Of a stretch of 64,000 nt of DNA, positions 36,268 through 46,858 are shown in pieces; the stretch's first letter is position 1; every line of letters starts with the position of its first letter. Source of the stretch: an uncultured Candidatus Saccharibacteria bacterium (GTDB lineage: Bacteria > Patescibacteriota > Saccharimonadia > Saccharimonadales > JACDBH01); assembly GCA_964431415.1 (NCBI GenBank), contig CAYSJS010000001.1:65740-129739 (forward strand), given 5' to 3'. A program made the position numbers and the translations under genes. The notes under the pieces were generated by a model, which saw nothing but the letters and a program-made list of their open reading frames with translations, made no database searches and was not told where the DNA came from.

Positions 36268-38859
36268 ATGACTGTTCTTAAAAAATACAGAAAATTAGTC
36301 AAAACACTGCGGCACTATAGAACGCAGCACCTCAAAAAACATATCCAGACCGTTCGTTTTGCAGAACAGTATCTAAGATTCTCTCTTTTCATCTTAATTG
36401 CGAGCACCGTCCTGTGGTCCCTCGTAAGTGCCTCCATACACATGACCAACGCGGATCAGCTGGTGAGCCCGTACATGTTCGACTCGGTAGCAGTATTTAA
36501 AAACGCTACTTTTCCCGGTCAGCACACGTTTCTATTTAAATGGCCGGTTTTTTGGTTGGTCCATGCGCTTGACTCGACCACATTCGCTTACACATTTTTT
36601 ACTGTTATCTTAAGCCTTGCGACCGTAGGCGCGTTTGCGTATTTGCTATCTAAAATCGAAAAAAGACCACTCGTGTTAGGCACTCTTATCCTTGCCTTAA
36701 GCGGAACACTCCTGCTCGTTCCCGCCCAGGCCGCTCCTGGTATGCTTTTGCCGGTAAACTTTGGAATGATCACAAACCGTAACGTCGAATACATTTTACT
36801 GTTCGCCGGAGTGATCGCAATTTTAAAAAGCACAAAGATAAAAAGTCGTTTATTCGTAAGTACTACAGTTATTCTCGCACTCCTCACAGCCAGCGATCGG
36901 CTGTTTCTTTCTATATCCGTAGCCGGAGCAGGTATCGGCCTTACGGCGGTGACGCTTGCCAAAAAATGGCGTTATTCGAGCGCTATGGCGCGTTTCACAT
37001 TAAGCAGTATAGCCGGCGGCATTTTGGGCAGTGGCATCTTGTTTTTGATTGACTCGCTGCATATAACCTCTATCGCCCAGCAAACGACCGCGACGTACAG
37101 CATAAACCACTCAGCACACACCTTAGTGCTGAACCTCTTTTATGCATGCAGCGGTATACTTACAAACTTTGGCGCAAACCTTGCCGTGCACACAACTACC
37201 ATTTCACAAATGCCGCGTGAGGCCCTTCGCACTTTGTTTTCTTTTGGCGGCCCCTTAAGTGTTCTTAATCTCGCCGTCTTTTTAGTAGCACTGCTCGCAA
37301 GCATCAAATTATTTGCCCATATCTTAAGGCGTAAAACGACCGGCTTTTCACTTACGTATGCGGTATTTATCGGATCGTTTTGCGTTGCGCTCGCCGCTCT
37401 AGCAGCTTTTGTGCTTACCGATCACTATGCAGCAGGTGATTCGCGGTACTTGACGGTCTTTTTATTTGCTTTATTCATCGGACTAACCGCATACCTCCGT
37501 GATCGCCACTTAAACCTGGAGCGCTTGGTTTATTTGGGCGGTGCGCTGACGACCGCCATTCTCTTAGCTACTCCTTCGGTTTTTGCAAATGCCCGATTAT
37601 CAAAACAAGTAATGGCAGAGACTAACCGCCGAAATAGCCTCATTGTCGACGCGCTAAAGAGTCACCACGTGAACATATTGCTCGGCGATTATTGGCGCGT
37701 ACTACCTATTCGTCAGGCAAGCAGCTCAAAACTGGACGTTATGCCGCTCAGCGACTGCACAACCGCACGCGACGTACTGAGCAGCCTCTCTTGGCAGCCC
37801 AACATGCAGCAAGTTAGCTTTGCCTATATACTGACTACCGACAAAGGACTTACCGACTATCCAAGCTGCACACTCGACGACATCACCACCGCATATGGCA
37901 AACCGAACGCCAGTATCGTCATAGCTGGCACACAGGACGACCCAAAAGAGCAGCTGCTGTTTTATGATCACGGTGCGCATAAAAGTAGTCCAAAATTAGG
38001 CTCAGACACTACTGCAACCTCACCGCTCTCGACCGAAGAACTCCCAAATACTTCATGCAGCAAAAGCACCCGATTCAATATCGTTGCACACGAAGACGAT
38101 GATTTGCTATTTATGAACCCGAGTATTCAAACTGAGCTAAACCAGGGAACATGCGTTAGGACCATATATCTCACAGCTGGCGACGCCGGCTCTAACCAGT
38201 TTTATTGGCTGAGCCGCGAGCAGGGATCGGAAGCCGCCTACAACCACATGATAGGTTATGATGCACTCTGGGTACACCGAACCGTCAAACTTGCGGATAA
38301 GCAATATATTACGGTCGCAAACCCAAGAGGCAACCCCCGCGTTTCACTTATATTTTTCCGCTTGCCCGATGGTAACCTGCAAGGCGGAGGTTTTAGCGGT
38401 TATGGCTACGAAAGCCTGCAGAAACTCTATGACGGCTCAATTAATTCCATACGTTCCGTATACGGAGACAGCAATTTTACAAAAGAAACGCTTATAGATG
38501 CCATCCTGCGGCTTATGCAGCTCTATGGCCCGTCATCGGTCCATACACAAAGTACCTGGAATGAACCACCTTTACACGATCACAGCGACCATATTGCGAC
38601 AGCACACTTTACCGATGCGGCCTATCAGCATTACATTTCTGGCTCTTCTGCCAAAGCCGAGCTAACTACCCTGAGCCACTACGCCGGCTACTCGGTAAGA
38701 AATCTGCCAGAAAATGTGCACGGCGAAGACTTGCACCGAAAAACCGAGTCGTTTCTTCGGTATGCACAGCACGACTCAGGGGTATGTCATTCGCACGACG
38801 AATGCGAGCACACCCCAACATACGGCGGCTACTTAAAGCGTCAATACTTAACCGACTAA
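36268..38859 (+). CDS. Fusion: polytopic GT-C-like membrane domain plus C-terminal PIG-L/LmbE-family deacetylase domain
   Basis: About 560 aa with more than 12 hydrophobic segments, then RFNIVAHEDDDLLFMNP...YLTAGDAG and HDHSDH, the LmbE zinc-binding motif pattern. Confidence 0.7.
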   Translation: MTVLKKYRKLVKTLRHYRTQHLKKHIQTVRFAEQYLRFSLFILIASTVLWSLVSASIHMTNADQLVSPYMFDSVAVFKNATFPGQHTFLFKWPVFWLVHALDSTTFAYTFFTVILSLATVGAFAYLLSKIEKRPLVLGTLILALSGTLLLVPAQAAPGMLLPVNFGMITNRNVEYILLFAGVIAILKSTKIKSRLFVSTTVILALLTASDRLFLSISVAGAGIGLTAVTLAKKWRYSSAMARFTLSSIAGGILGSGILFLIDSLHITSIAQQTTATYSINHSAHTLVLNLFYACSGILTNFGANLAVHTTTISQMPREALRTLFSFGGPLSVLNLAVFLVALLASIKLFAHILRRKTTGFSLTYAVFIGSFCVALAALAAFVLTDHYAAGDSRYLTVFLFALFIGLTAYLRDRHLNLERLVYLGGALTTAILLATPSVFANARLSKQVMAETNRRNSLIVDALKSHHVNILLGDYWRVLPIRQASSSKLDVMPLSDCTTARDVLSSLSWQPNMQQVSFAYILTTDKGLTDYPSCTLDDITTAYGKPNASIVIAGTQDDPKEQLLFYDHGAHKSSPKLGSDTTATSPLSTEELPNTSCSKSTRFNIVAHEDDDLLFMNPSIQTELNQGTCVRTIYLTAGDAGSNQFYWLSREQGSEAAYNHMIGYDALWVHRTVKLADKQYITVANPRGNPRVSLIFFRLPDGNLQGGGFSGYGYESLQKLYDGSINSIRSVYGDSNFTKETLIDAILRLMQLYGPSSVHTQSTWNEPPLHDHSDHIATAHFTDAAYQHYISGSSAKAELTTLSHYAGYSVRNLPENVHGEDLHRKTESFLRYAQHDSGVCHSHDECEHTPTYGGYLKRQYLTD

Positions 38860-38866
38860 GATCTTT

Positions 38867-41263
38867 TTAGGACTTGGTTTCGCTCGTTCCGAAATCCCAC
38901 TTCCAGTCGCGTATTTCTGGCATATCGATACCATTTTTCTCTATATAGTGGCGATGCTGCAGGAGTTTTTCTTCCATAGCCTGCTTTAGGTATGTGCCTT
39001 TCGTGCCTAGCTCCGGCAGGCGGTCAATAACGTCTATTACCAGATGAAAACGGTCAATATTATTCAGAACCGTCATGTCAAAGGCCGTGGTAATGGTACC
39101 TTCTTCTTTGTACCCTCGGACATGCAGGTTGCGGTTAGTGCGCCGATACGTCAGCCGATGTATGAGCCAAGGATACCCGTGGAAAGCAAAGATAATGTGT
39201 TTGTCTTTGGTAAATAGCGAATCGTAGTCCACGTCGCTCAACCCATGCGGACTCTCCGTTTCCGGCTCCAGCTTCATGAGATCGACTACGTTAACCACCC
39301 GCACACGAAGCTCGGGCAGGGCAGCCCGCAATATTGATACTGCCGCGAGCGTCTCTACGGTTGGCACGTCACCGGCACAGGCCATAACAACATCCGGTTC
39401 CTTTTCCTGGTCGTTGCTGGCCCATTTCCAGATACTTATGCCTTTCGTGCAATGGTCGATAGCCGCCTCCATACTTAAGAACTGTGGTGCTTCCGGATGC
39501 TTGCCGGCGATAACTAAGTTTACATAGTTTTGGCTGCGCAAACAGTGGTCAATAACCGACAGTAAGCTGTTGGCGTCCGGAGGCAAATACACACGTATAA
39601 TCTCTGACTTTTTGTTAATGACATGATCAATAAAACCCGGATCCTGATGTGTAAAACCATTATGATCTTGACGCCACACGTGCGAGGTCAAAAGATAGTT
39701 AAGCGACGCAATATTCTGGCGCCACGGCAGTTCGGAGCACATCTTGATCCACTTGGCATGCTGGGTAAGCATAGAGTCGATAATGCGGATAAACGCTTCA
39801 TAACTGTGCAGCAGCCCATGGCGACCGGTTAGCAGATAACCCTCCAGCCAGCCTTCGCTTTGGTGCTCGCTTAGCATCGAATCAAGTACCCGGCCATCGC
39901 GCGCCAAGAATTCATCGTTTGGCTTAATAGCGGCGTTCCATTGACGAGGTGACGCCTCAAATACAGCCTCAAGCCGGTTAGATACCGTTTCGTCCGGACT
40001 AAATATTCGGAAGTTGCGCTGCTCATCATTGAGCTTTATTACGTCCCTTAGGAACGGTGCGAGCGTATGCATACAGCTTGCCTGCACTTCAGTCGGGCGG
40101 GGGACATCAATAGCATACTCTCTAAAGTCCGGCATATTCAGCGTGCGGAGCAGTTTGCCGCCATTGGCATGCGGGTTTGCACCCATCCGACGTGTTCCTT
40201 TAGGTGCCAGTTCCGCAAGATCAGCGTTAAGCGTCCCATTTTCGTCAAACAGTTCTTCGGGACGGTAACTACGCAGCCAGTCTTCTAGCTGTTCAAGATG
40301 CTCTTTTGGTGAAGTTGCTGAAATAGAAAGCGGAACTTGATGCGACCGGAAAGAACCTTCATTAGGCATGCCATCAATAACTTTTGGACCAGTCCAGCCT
40401 TTCGGCGAGTTAAATATGATCATCGGCCAGCGTGGACGCTCATAATTTTTGCTGCGAGCCGCTTTCTTCTTTATGTCTTTGATATCTTTCATGGCTTGGT
40501 CAAGCGTTGCAGCCATTAACTGGTGCATCTTTTCAGGATCCGACCCCTCTACAAAGTACGGCTTCCAGCCATAGCCCTTAAATAATTGTTCTTGTTCCTT
40601 TCTGGTAATGCGCGCAAGCACAGTCGGGTTGGAGATCTTGTAACTATTTAAGTGCAGTATAGGGAGCACCGTTCCGTCCGTTAGTGGATTTAAAAACTTG
40701 TTGGAATGCCACGCGGTCGCAAGCGGACCGGTCTCTGCTTCACCGTCCCCAACTACACAGGCAACTACTAAATCCGGGTTATCAAACGCCGCTCCAAAAG
40801 CATGGCTCAGCGAGTACCCAAGTTCGCCGCCTTCATGAATCGAACCCGGCGTCTGCGGAGAAACGTGGCTGGATATACCGCCAGGGAAGGAAAACTGCCG
40901 AAACAAACGCTTAAGACCAGCTTCGTCTTGGCTTACGTGCGGGTATATTTCACTATATGTTCCTTCTAGATACACATTGCCAACCAACGCTGGACCGCCA
41001 TGCCCCGGACCGGAAATGTAGATCATATTCTGGTCGTATTTGTTAATGATACGGTTCAGGTGAACGTAAATAAAGTTTTGGCCCGGCGTCGTCCCCCAGT
41101 GCCCAAGCAGCAACTGCTTAATGTGGCTAAGCTCTAGCGGCTGCCGTAGCAACACATTGTCACATAAGTAGATTTGACCCACCGACAGGTAATTCGCCGC
41201 TCGCCAATACGCATTCATCTTACCTAATACACTTGGACTAAGCGGTTTACTAGTACGCCTCAT
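38867..41263 (-). CDS. xfp: Xylulose-5-phosphate/fructose-6-phosphate phosphoketolase
   Basis: 798 aa. N-terminus [36 protein letters not shown] (TPP-binding). Confidence 0.95.
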   Translation of the reverse strand: MRRTSKPLSPSVLGKMNAYWRAANYLSVGQIYLCDNVLLRQPLELSHIKQLLLGHWGTTPGQNFIYVHLNRIINKYDQNMIYISGPGHGGPALVGNVYLEGTYSEIYPHVSQDEAGLKRLFRQFSFPGGISSHVSPQTPGSIHEGGELGYSLSHAFGAAFDNPDLVVACVVGDGEAETGPLATAWHSNKFLNPLTDGTVLPILHLNSYKISNPTVLARITRKEQEQLFKGYGWKPYFVEGSDPEKMHQLMAATLDQAMKDIKDIKKKAARSKNYERPRWPMIIFNSPKGWTGPKVIDGMPNEGSFRSHQVPLSISATSPKEHLEQLEDWLRSYRPEELFDENGTLNADLAELAPKGTRRMGANPHANGGKLLRTLNMPDFREYAIDVPRPTEVQASCMHTLAPFLRDVIKLNDEQRNFRIFSPDETVSNRLEAVFEASPRQWNAAIKPNDEFLARDGRVLDSMLSEHQSEGWLEGYLLTGRHGLLHSYEAFIRIIDSMLTQHAKWIKMCSELPWRQNIASLNYLLTSHVWRQDHNGFTHQDPGFIDHVINKKSEIIRVYLPPDANSLLSVIDHCLRSQNYVNLVIAGKHPEAPQFLSMEAAIDHCTKGISIWKWASNDQEKEPDVVMACAGDVPTVETLAAVSILRAALPELRVRVVNVVDLMKLEPETESPHGLSDVDYDSLFTKDKHIIFAFHGYPWLIHRLTYRRTNRNLHVRGYKEEGTITTAFDMTVLNNIDRFHLVIDVIDRLPELGTKGTYLKQAMEEKLLQHRHYIEKNGIDMPEIRDWKWDFGTSETKS

Positions 41264-42468
41264 ACTGACCCTTCTTTTTTATTAACTTTATCCATTATTT
41301 TTTGCACCCCATCATAAATCGTTGCCGATTCGTCGGTAGGCAATACATACACAGAAACCGTACTCTCGGGCAGGGATATAAGCTCTTTTGCAGCATCATT
41401 TGCCCCTTGGCCTAGTCTAACGCCAAGAAACTCAAGCCCCTCACAGATACGCCAACGAATTTTCGGCGCCTGTTCGCCCATGCCGCCGCTAATTACTATA
41501 TAGTCAAGCCCGCCCATTGCAGCCGCATATGCACCGATCGTCTTCTTAACCTGATAACAAAAAGCCTCCACCGCTTCATGAGCGCGCGGATCTATGGCTT
41601 CTTGCTCCAGCAGCACCTTCATGTCCGGAGTCGTGCCCGACATACCCAAAAGTCCGGACTGAAAATTAAAAATGTCATTTAGCTCATCGGCATCCATATG
41701 CTCGTGCTTTACCAAAAATACCGCCACACCCGGATCAATATCGCCAGAACGCGTACTCATAGGTATGCCGCCAGCCGGCGTAAGCCCCATAGTCGTGTCA
41801 ATTACAGCACCGTTTTTTACCGCACACATGCTTGCGCCGCTGCCCAGGTGTGCAAACACCACGCGTTTTGTCTGCAAGTCATCACCGCTTACTTTTTGCA
41901 GAGCACCATAGAGGTATTGATACGAAAGCCCATGGAAGCCGTATCGCTTCAAGCCTTTTTCGGAGTACCTACGGGGAATAGGCAGACGCTGTGCTCGGTC
42001 GGGCAAATCGCGGAAGAAACCGGTATCAAAACAGGCAACGTGCAGCGCATTTGGGTAGAGTTCCTGCGCGGCATGAATAATTTCCAGCTCAACTTTAATA
42101 TGCTCTGCATCAAACTCGGCGATACGGTGCAGCTCCTTAAGCACCGATTCGGTAATGTGTTCAACTTCTTTAAGCTTCGGACCGCCGTGCACCACTCTAT
42201 GTCCTACCGCTACCACATCTTTCATAGGCGTGTTTTCTCTAAGCCACACAACGACCATTTGCAGCGCTTCACCGTGGTCGGCGGCCGCAAGCGGTATTTC
42301 GGACGCGTCATCGGCATCCTCGATTTTTAGCGTGGCATGAGTCAACCCTATATTTGACGCCGTGGCATGGGCTATTTTTACCGCATGAGAGCCGGCTTCA
42401 TAGACAGTACACTTCAGGCTCGAAGAACCCGTGTTCAATACTAAAATAACGTCTTTTGTTTCTGCCAT
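41260..42468 (-). CDS. ackA: Acetate kinase
   Basis: [34 protein letters not shown] 4-nt overlap couples it to xfp. Confidence 0.95.
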   Translation of the reverse strand: MAETKDVILVLNTGSSSLKCTVYEAGSHAVKIAHATASNIGLTHATLKIEDADDASEIPLAAADHGEALQMVVVWLRENTPMKDVVAVGHRVVHGGPKLKEVEHITESVLKELHRIAEFDAEHIKVELEIIHAAQELYPNALHVACFDTGFFRDLPDRAQRLPIPRRYSEKGLKRYGFHGLSYQYLYGALQKVSGDDLQTKRVVFAHLGSGASMCAVKNGAVIDTTMGLTPAGGIPMSTRSGDIDPGVAVFLVKHEHMDADELNDIFNFQSGLLGMSGTTPDMKVLLEQEAIDPRAHEAVEAFCYQVKKTIGAYAAAMGGLDYIVISGGMGEQAPKIRWRICEGLEFLGVRLGQGANDAAKELISLPESTVSVYVLPTDESATIYDGVQKIMDKVNKKEGSV

Positions 42469-42588
42469 GCCCCTATATACCCTCTATAGTAAAAAGCTAT
42501 GTCTAGATCATATCAAAAAATAAGCATATGTATATTGATCTTTCCCACAAAATAAGCGAACCATACTACGGCGTAACAAATTTCTCAT

Positions 42589-42801
42589 TCAGGCAAGGTC
42601 TTTAACATGATGCCGAACCACAAAAACATACAATATAACGCTTATTACAAAACTAACGCTGTAGCTCAAAGTAGCGTCATTAGGGAACAGGTAAATATCC
42701 ATCAGACCCCACACGCCGCGCCAAAACATAATAATCGCTCCTGCGGTAAAGATTGTATAAAGCGGTGCCGGTCGTTTTTTAGATTTTTTGGCCATTTCCA
42801 C
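42589..42801 (-). CDS. Small membrane protein (2 TM)
   Basis: 70 aa with a basic N-terminus followed by two hydrophobic helices. Confidence 0.45.
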   Translation of the reverse strand: MEMAKKSKKRPAPLYTIFTAGAIIMFWRGVWGLMDIYLFPNDATLSYSVSFVISVILYVFVVRHHVKDLA

Positions 42802-42844
42802 TTTATTCTAGCATAAGCAGAATAGGGAACCGAAGATGGTGGTC

Positions 42845-43030
42845 TTACTTTTTCTTTTTCTTCAGATCGCCCTCGTGGCCATGCCCAGGTTTTGCTATCT
42901 TTTTGCTTTTTACTTTAGAATCGCGTTTGATCGATTTTGCTATGCTCGAAATTGAGGCAAACGTCCCATTCTTTTTTCTTGTTGCGTAGCGCTTTTTGTT
43001 TCCCACTTTAATAATGCTGCGTACACTCAT
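42845..43030 (-). CDS. Small highly basic protein
   Basis: 61 aa, ~35% Lys/Arg, ending in a poly-K tail. No recognisable family. Confidence 0.35.
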   Translation of the reverse strand: MSVRSIIKVGNKKRYATRKKNGTFASISSIAKSIKRDSKVKSKKIAKPGHGHEGDLKKKKK

Positions 43031-43107
43031 TTTTTTGCCTTTTACTTACGTAATATACTCTCCGGTATACTCCTTATGCTTCAGAAACACAAATTAATAT
43101 TAAAACT

Positions 43108-44016
43108 TTATCCGTCGGTCGGCTGCCCACCGTTAAAGTCGAGCGTCTTATGCGGCGCATATGAACAATAATCACTAACAATGTTTGGCTTGGACGGATT
43201 CACAACCTTCAGGGACAGTTCCTTTGCTTTCTGGATGTCACTGCCCGGCAATTGCTCTATCCAGCACCGTCCGTACCACTCCAGCGATTGGAACTGATTG
43301 TGAATGGCTGCCCATGTTTTATTCTTTGATATATCATTTGGCATCCGGTAGTCATAGGTGCCGAAGTCAAAGCCGAAGTTTTTTGTAGCAGGGAAGCCGA
43401 CTTCAGTAGCAACAACTTCTCCTGCCTTAAACTTCTTTCTTTCAAATGGAGCATTCGGATCAGAAAGAGTGTCGTTCAGCTTCGGTTCTGGCGTCTTTTT
43501 GGCGATTTCCGCAAACTCTGGCGTCAAGGTGTACACATGGTCAAACCGAAACGCGATACCGCAGTCTGTTTCGAACGTAAGTAAGTATTGCAGCTCTGCT
43601 GGACTTCCTTCGAAATATCGCTTTAGGTTTACGAGTGTGGCATCCGCCGGCATTACGATTTCGATTTTGCCGCTGTTCATGTCTTTTAGGCGCATACCCC
43701 CGTGAGGCTTATAGTTAAAGCCTCTGTACGCACCAGGCATACCTATAACCTCTATCTTAGCAAGGTCGACAGGGGAGCGGTCAAATACGTACGGATCCGC
43801 GCACTGAGTCGGCGTACCGGACTTTGCAAACCACTTCAACTCTTTTTCATTAAATCCCCAGACCACATCACCGTTTGCAGTGCTGCCGCTGCTTTGTGTC
43901 GTATCTTTGTTATTTTTTTCGAATACTTTCAGCCCTGCAAAAAAGACTACGCCCAGAACGCACAGAACCAGAACAAGAGGAAGAATATGGAAGCCAGCTT
44001 GGCTGGATTTTTTCAT
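43108..44016 (-). CDS. Secreted/anchored hypothetical protein
   Basis: N-terminal signal/anchor FHILPLVLVLCVLGVVFFAG. 302 aa. Confidence 0.55.
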   Translation of the reverse strand: MKKSSQAGFHILPLVLVLCVLGVVFFAGLKVFEKNNKDTTQSSGSTANGDVVWGFNEKELKWFAKSGTPTQCADPYVFDRSPVDLAKIEVIGMPGAYRGFNYKPHGGMRLKDMNSGKIEIVMPADATLVNLKRYFEGSPAELQYLLTFETDCGIAFRFDHVYTLTPEFAEIAKKTPEPKLNDTLSDPNAPFERKKFKAGEVVATEVGFPATKNFGFDFGTYDYRMPNDISKNKTWAAIHNQFQSLEWYGRCWIEQLPGSDIQKAKELSLKVVNPSKPNIVSDYCSYAPHKTLDFNGGQPTDG

Positions 44017-44101
44017 AATATTAGCAGTTTACCGTGTATGTTTTTACGGCACAACCCGCTTATGGTTTACTGCGTGGCGTTTTTTGCAAATATACTGCTT
44101 A

Positions 44102-44641
44102 TTATATTTGGTTAGGCAGCGCCAATCTCGCGCCTTGGTAAAGCGCGACGGCCAGACTTTCAACGGCTATACTCAAGCCAGATCCCATGTTTTGCATGAA
44201 TACTTCCGGCGTTGGATCTCCCGGTAGCATTAAACTAGTAGAGGAGTCAATCACCAAAACCTCGCCCGGCCTAAGCGTCTTCCTGCATGCCAGAAAAGCT
44301 GCCCGAGCCAAAGAGTCGCTTCCGTATACTGCTTCAAAGTCGTCGTCGGGAACGGGTTCCCAAGACGCTACATCACATACAGTAACCGGCTGAGTTCCTA
44401 GGCGCATTTCTACGGGAGTGTGCAGTAAAACACTTTCAAGTTCATTGACCGCCATACCAAGATCTTTCCTGCGCATCGCAGCAAGCACCCCCACATCTCC
44501 ACCTATATAATTACCATCATGCTCATCATGAAACGCTACAGAAAGCAGACGCAGCTGTGCGTCTCTGAGCAAACCAACAACCGGTCCGTCTTCCATAGTA
44601 CGTATCGTACCAAACTTACATGCGCATGATAAGAAAAACAA
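44102..44641 (-). CDS. Hypothetical protein
   Basis: 179-aa ORF. The start is uncertain (alternative ATG at 44596). No recognisable domain. Confidence 0.4.
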   Translation of the reverse strand: MFFLSCACKFGTIRTMEDGPVVGLLRDAQLRLLSVAFHDEHDGNYIGGDVGVLAAMRRKDLGMAVNELESVLLHTPVEMRLGTQPVTVCDVASWEPVPDDDFEAVYGSDSLARAAFLACRKTLRPGEVLVIDSSTSLMLPGDPTPEVFMQNMGSGLSIAVESLAVALYQGARLALPNQI

Positions 44642-44706
44642 AATATTACTTGTATTTTTAAACGTTTTATGTTATAATTACAATATAAATCTGTAGCTGT
44701 TTATAC

Positions 44707-45840
44707 ATGAAATCACCATTCTTTCTAGATGATTGTAACGCCTCGGGCTCACTTATAGGCTTTGAAGGTCCATTTTTTATAGGGAACACGCCTGTATTTG
44801 ATGAACGCTATCCTCTTGATGCGCGAATTATAAGAACCCTGGCTGACGTTACTCCCGAGATGTCTGACCTTAAAAAACATCTGCTTGCCGGAAAACTCTT
44901 TCCCGACCACTTTTTTGATATATCAGAAGGCAGCGCTGCGAACACAGTGCCAGAAGTCATGCAACTGGAAGATGCTGAGGCCGCCTTCGAGAACTGGTTC
45001 TTGTCGTCTCGCGGTGTTAACACAAAACAAGATCTGAGCCCGAGCGATGCACGGTCTTTTGTTGACCAAAAAGATATTTGGATGCTTCGTGCATACTCAG
45101 TAAACGGCGTCTGCCCTAATGGCAGTTACTTATACGATCCAGTCTACAGCTTAATTCCTCCTATCAGTGAACCTGATTTGTTTTTGAAACACATAGTGCA
45201 AGGGTTTAGCAAAAACGGTAACGACCATATGGCGCTGCGACGCAACATGGGAAACGTGCCGAATGGCATAACCGGCTTCCTGAAGGATGGCGCTACCTCA
45301 AGATCCCACAGCTCAATCATGCACGACCTACGTATAGTAGACGCTGTCGCCCAGAGAACTTTCCCTGTAGAAATTGTTTCGAGATACGCAACTATGAATC
45401 TTTTTGAAGGCCTGTACTGCAAAGAGGCGCTTCCAGATGGTAGCACGCCATCCGCTTCAATATATTCAGAAGATTCAGGCCCAAAATATGCATTAACTCT
45501 CTATCAGAGAGATTGTAAAGATGTTTTTGAAAGAGAATTAGGTGCAACAGAAGTCGGTAAAAAATATGCCTATGATTTCAGTTGTTATACGGCAGAAATA
45601 GTAGCCACCGCCTTAGCCTGCGACAACTTTATAAAAACCAGTGGAAGACACGAGCTACTACCCGAAGGGTACAGTTGTTTTAATGAGCTCTTGGCTCATG
45701 CTGCAGCAGCAGGCGTGGGTAACTTGGTTACAGACATTCGTGCATTTTGTGCCGAGCGAGGTTTAGACAGTACGCCTTTTATGCTGCCGTATGCATGGTT
45801 TTTGGAAAAAAGTACTCCGCCAACCACAAGCACGCAGTAA
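44707..45840 (+). CDS. Hypothetical protein
   Basis: 377-aa ORF with no recognisable domain. Confidence 0.5.
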   Translation: MKSPFFLDDCNASGSLIGFEGPFFIGNTPVFDERYPLDARIIRTLADVTPEMSDLKKHLLAGKLFPDHFFDISEGSAANTVPEVMQLEDAEAAFENWFLSSRGVNTKQDLSPSDARSFVDQKDIWMLRAYSVNGVCPNGSYLYDPVYSLIPPISEPDLFLKHIVQGFSKNGNDHMALRRNMGNVPNGITGFLKDGATSRSHSSIMHDLRIVDAVAQRTFPVEIVSRYATMNLFEGLYCKEALPDGSTPSASIYSEDSGPKYALTLYQRDCKDVFERELGATEVGKKYAYDFSCYTAEIVATALACDNFIKTSGRHELLPEGYSCFNELLAHAAAAGVGNLVTDIRAFCAERGLDSTPFMLPYAWFLEKSTPPTTSTQ

Positions 45841-45851
45841 TACTACGTGGT

Positions 45852-46280
45852 TTATTTAATACCCGCTTCTTCAAGCATGTCAGACACAACACTTCTTTTC
45901 GTTCCTCGTAACATATGCGCAAATCGACCACACCCCTGCATACGTCGAAGTCCATTAACGACTACTGCGGCGTATTCTCCTTCAATAGGAAAATCCGCGT
46001 TGCGTAATGCTGCCAGTACCTCGCCACTCACGGCATCGTACAATATGTCCTCGTCGCGAGGATGACGCTCGCCTAAGGCAGAAGCCACGTTTCTCACTCT
46101 GTCTAGCTCTTCTTCGGCGACGTTTGCTCCAGCGTCAACAAATAGACGATCTTTAACACCGCGTTTAACATTCTCTAGATAAGTTATGGTATCTTCCTCG
46201 CGTAGAATACGAGCACCAACACGAGCATGATGCAACTCTTGCGATCCTGCAAGGACGATTCCTGTTTCTGTCTGTCTCAT
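45852..46280 (-). CDS. Hypothetical protein
   Basis: 142-aa ORF convergent with 44707..45840. Confidence 0.45.
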   Translation of the reverse strand: MRQTETGIVLAGSQELHHARVGARILREEDTITYLENVKRGVKDRLFVDAGANVAEEELDRVRNVASALGERHPRDEDILYDAVSGEVLAALRNADFPIEGEYAAVVVNGLRRMQGCGRFAHMLRGTKRSVVSDMLEEAGIK

Positions 46281-46394
46281 TTTAGCTATTATACCACATT
46301 GTTCAACATTTACACGCCTGCGGACCGCAACAATTTATATATAATTATTCGGTCAATATATTCAAAAGCGGCCGCGAGAAGCGCAAATCATTGG

Positions 46395-46778
46395 TTAGCG
46401 AGTACTCCACCACACGACTATTTTGTCCCACTGAGTAAGCAAGGTTCCTATGACTAAGAAGGTGGTTAGGCAAATTACCGCCAGCACCCCGCGCTCAAAC
46501 TGCAAGAGAATCGGTATCAAACATACATATGAGCCCGTCAGGAAAATAATTATGTGAAACGAAAGAAGACCTTTTACAAACGTATAACCACGTACATACT
46601 TGCTGGTCGCGATCAGGACAAGCAACATCAACAGGCTTAATGCTACCCCTAAAAGACTTTCGTAAACAATATACGTTCCGGCAAAGGCGAGAAACAATAC
46701 GGCGTCAAAGCCATATAAAAAGTAGTCGGCTATTGTGTATTTTTTCTTTGCTTTTTTCTTACTGTTCGCCATTTCCAT
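46395..46778 (-). CDS. Small integral membrane protein (4 TM)
   Basis: 127 aa with a basic N-terminus and four hydrophobic helices. Confidence 0.5.
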   Translation of the reverse strand: MEMANSKKKAKKKYTIADYFLYGFDAVLFLAFAGTYIVYESLLGVALSLLMLLVLIATSKYVRGYTFVKGLLSFHIIIFLTGSYVCLIPILLQFERGVLAVICLTTFLVIGTLLTQWDKIVVWWSTR

Positions 46779-46858
46779 CTAAATAGTACCATAACCGTTT
46801 TGTATGCAGAACTTAAACATTTCACGCATCGAAACGTTTGTTATACTTATGCTTAAGT

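Noticed and set aside
41698-42330. 210-aa plus-strand ORF antisense to ackA, with similar shadow ORFs inside xfp, cysS, thyX and the GT genes
   Set aside because: These are shadow ORFs within well-supported genes on the other strand.
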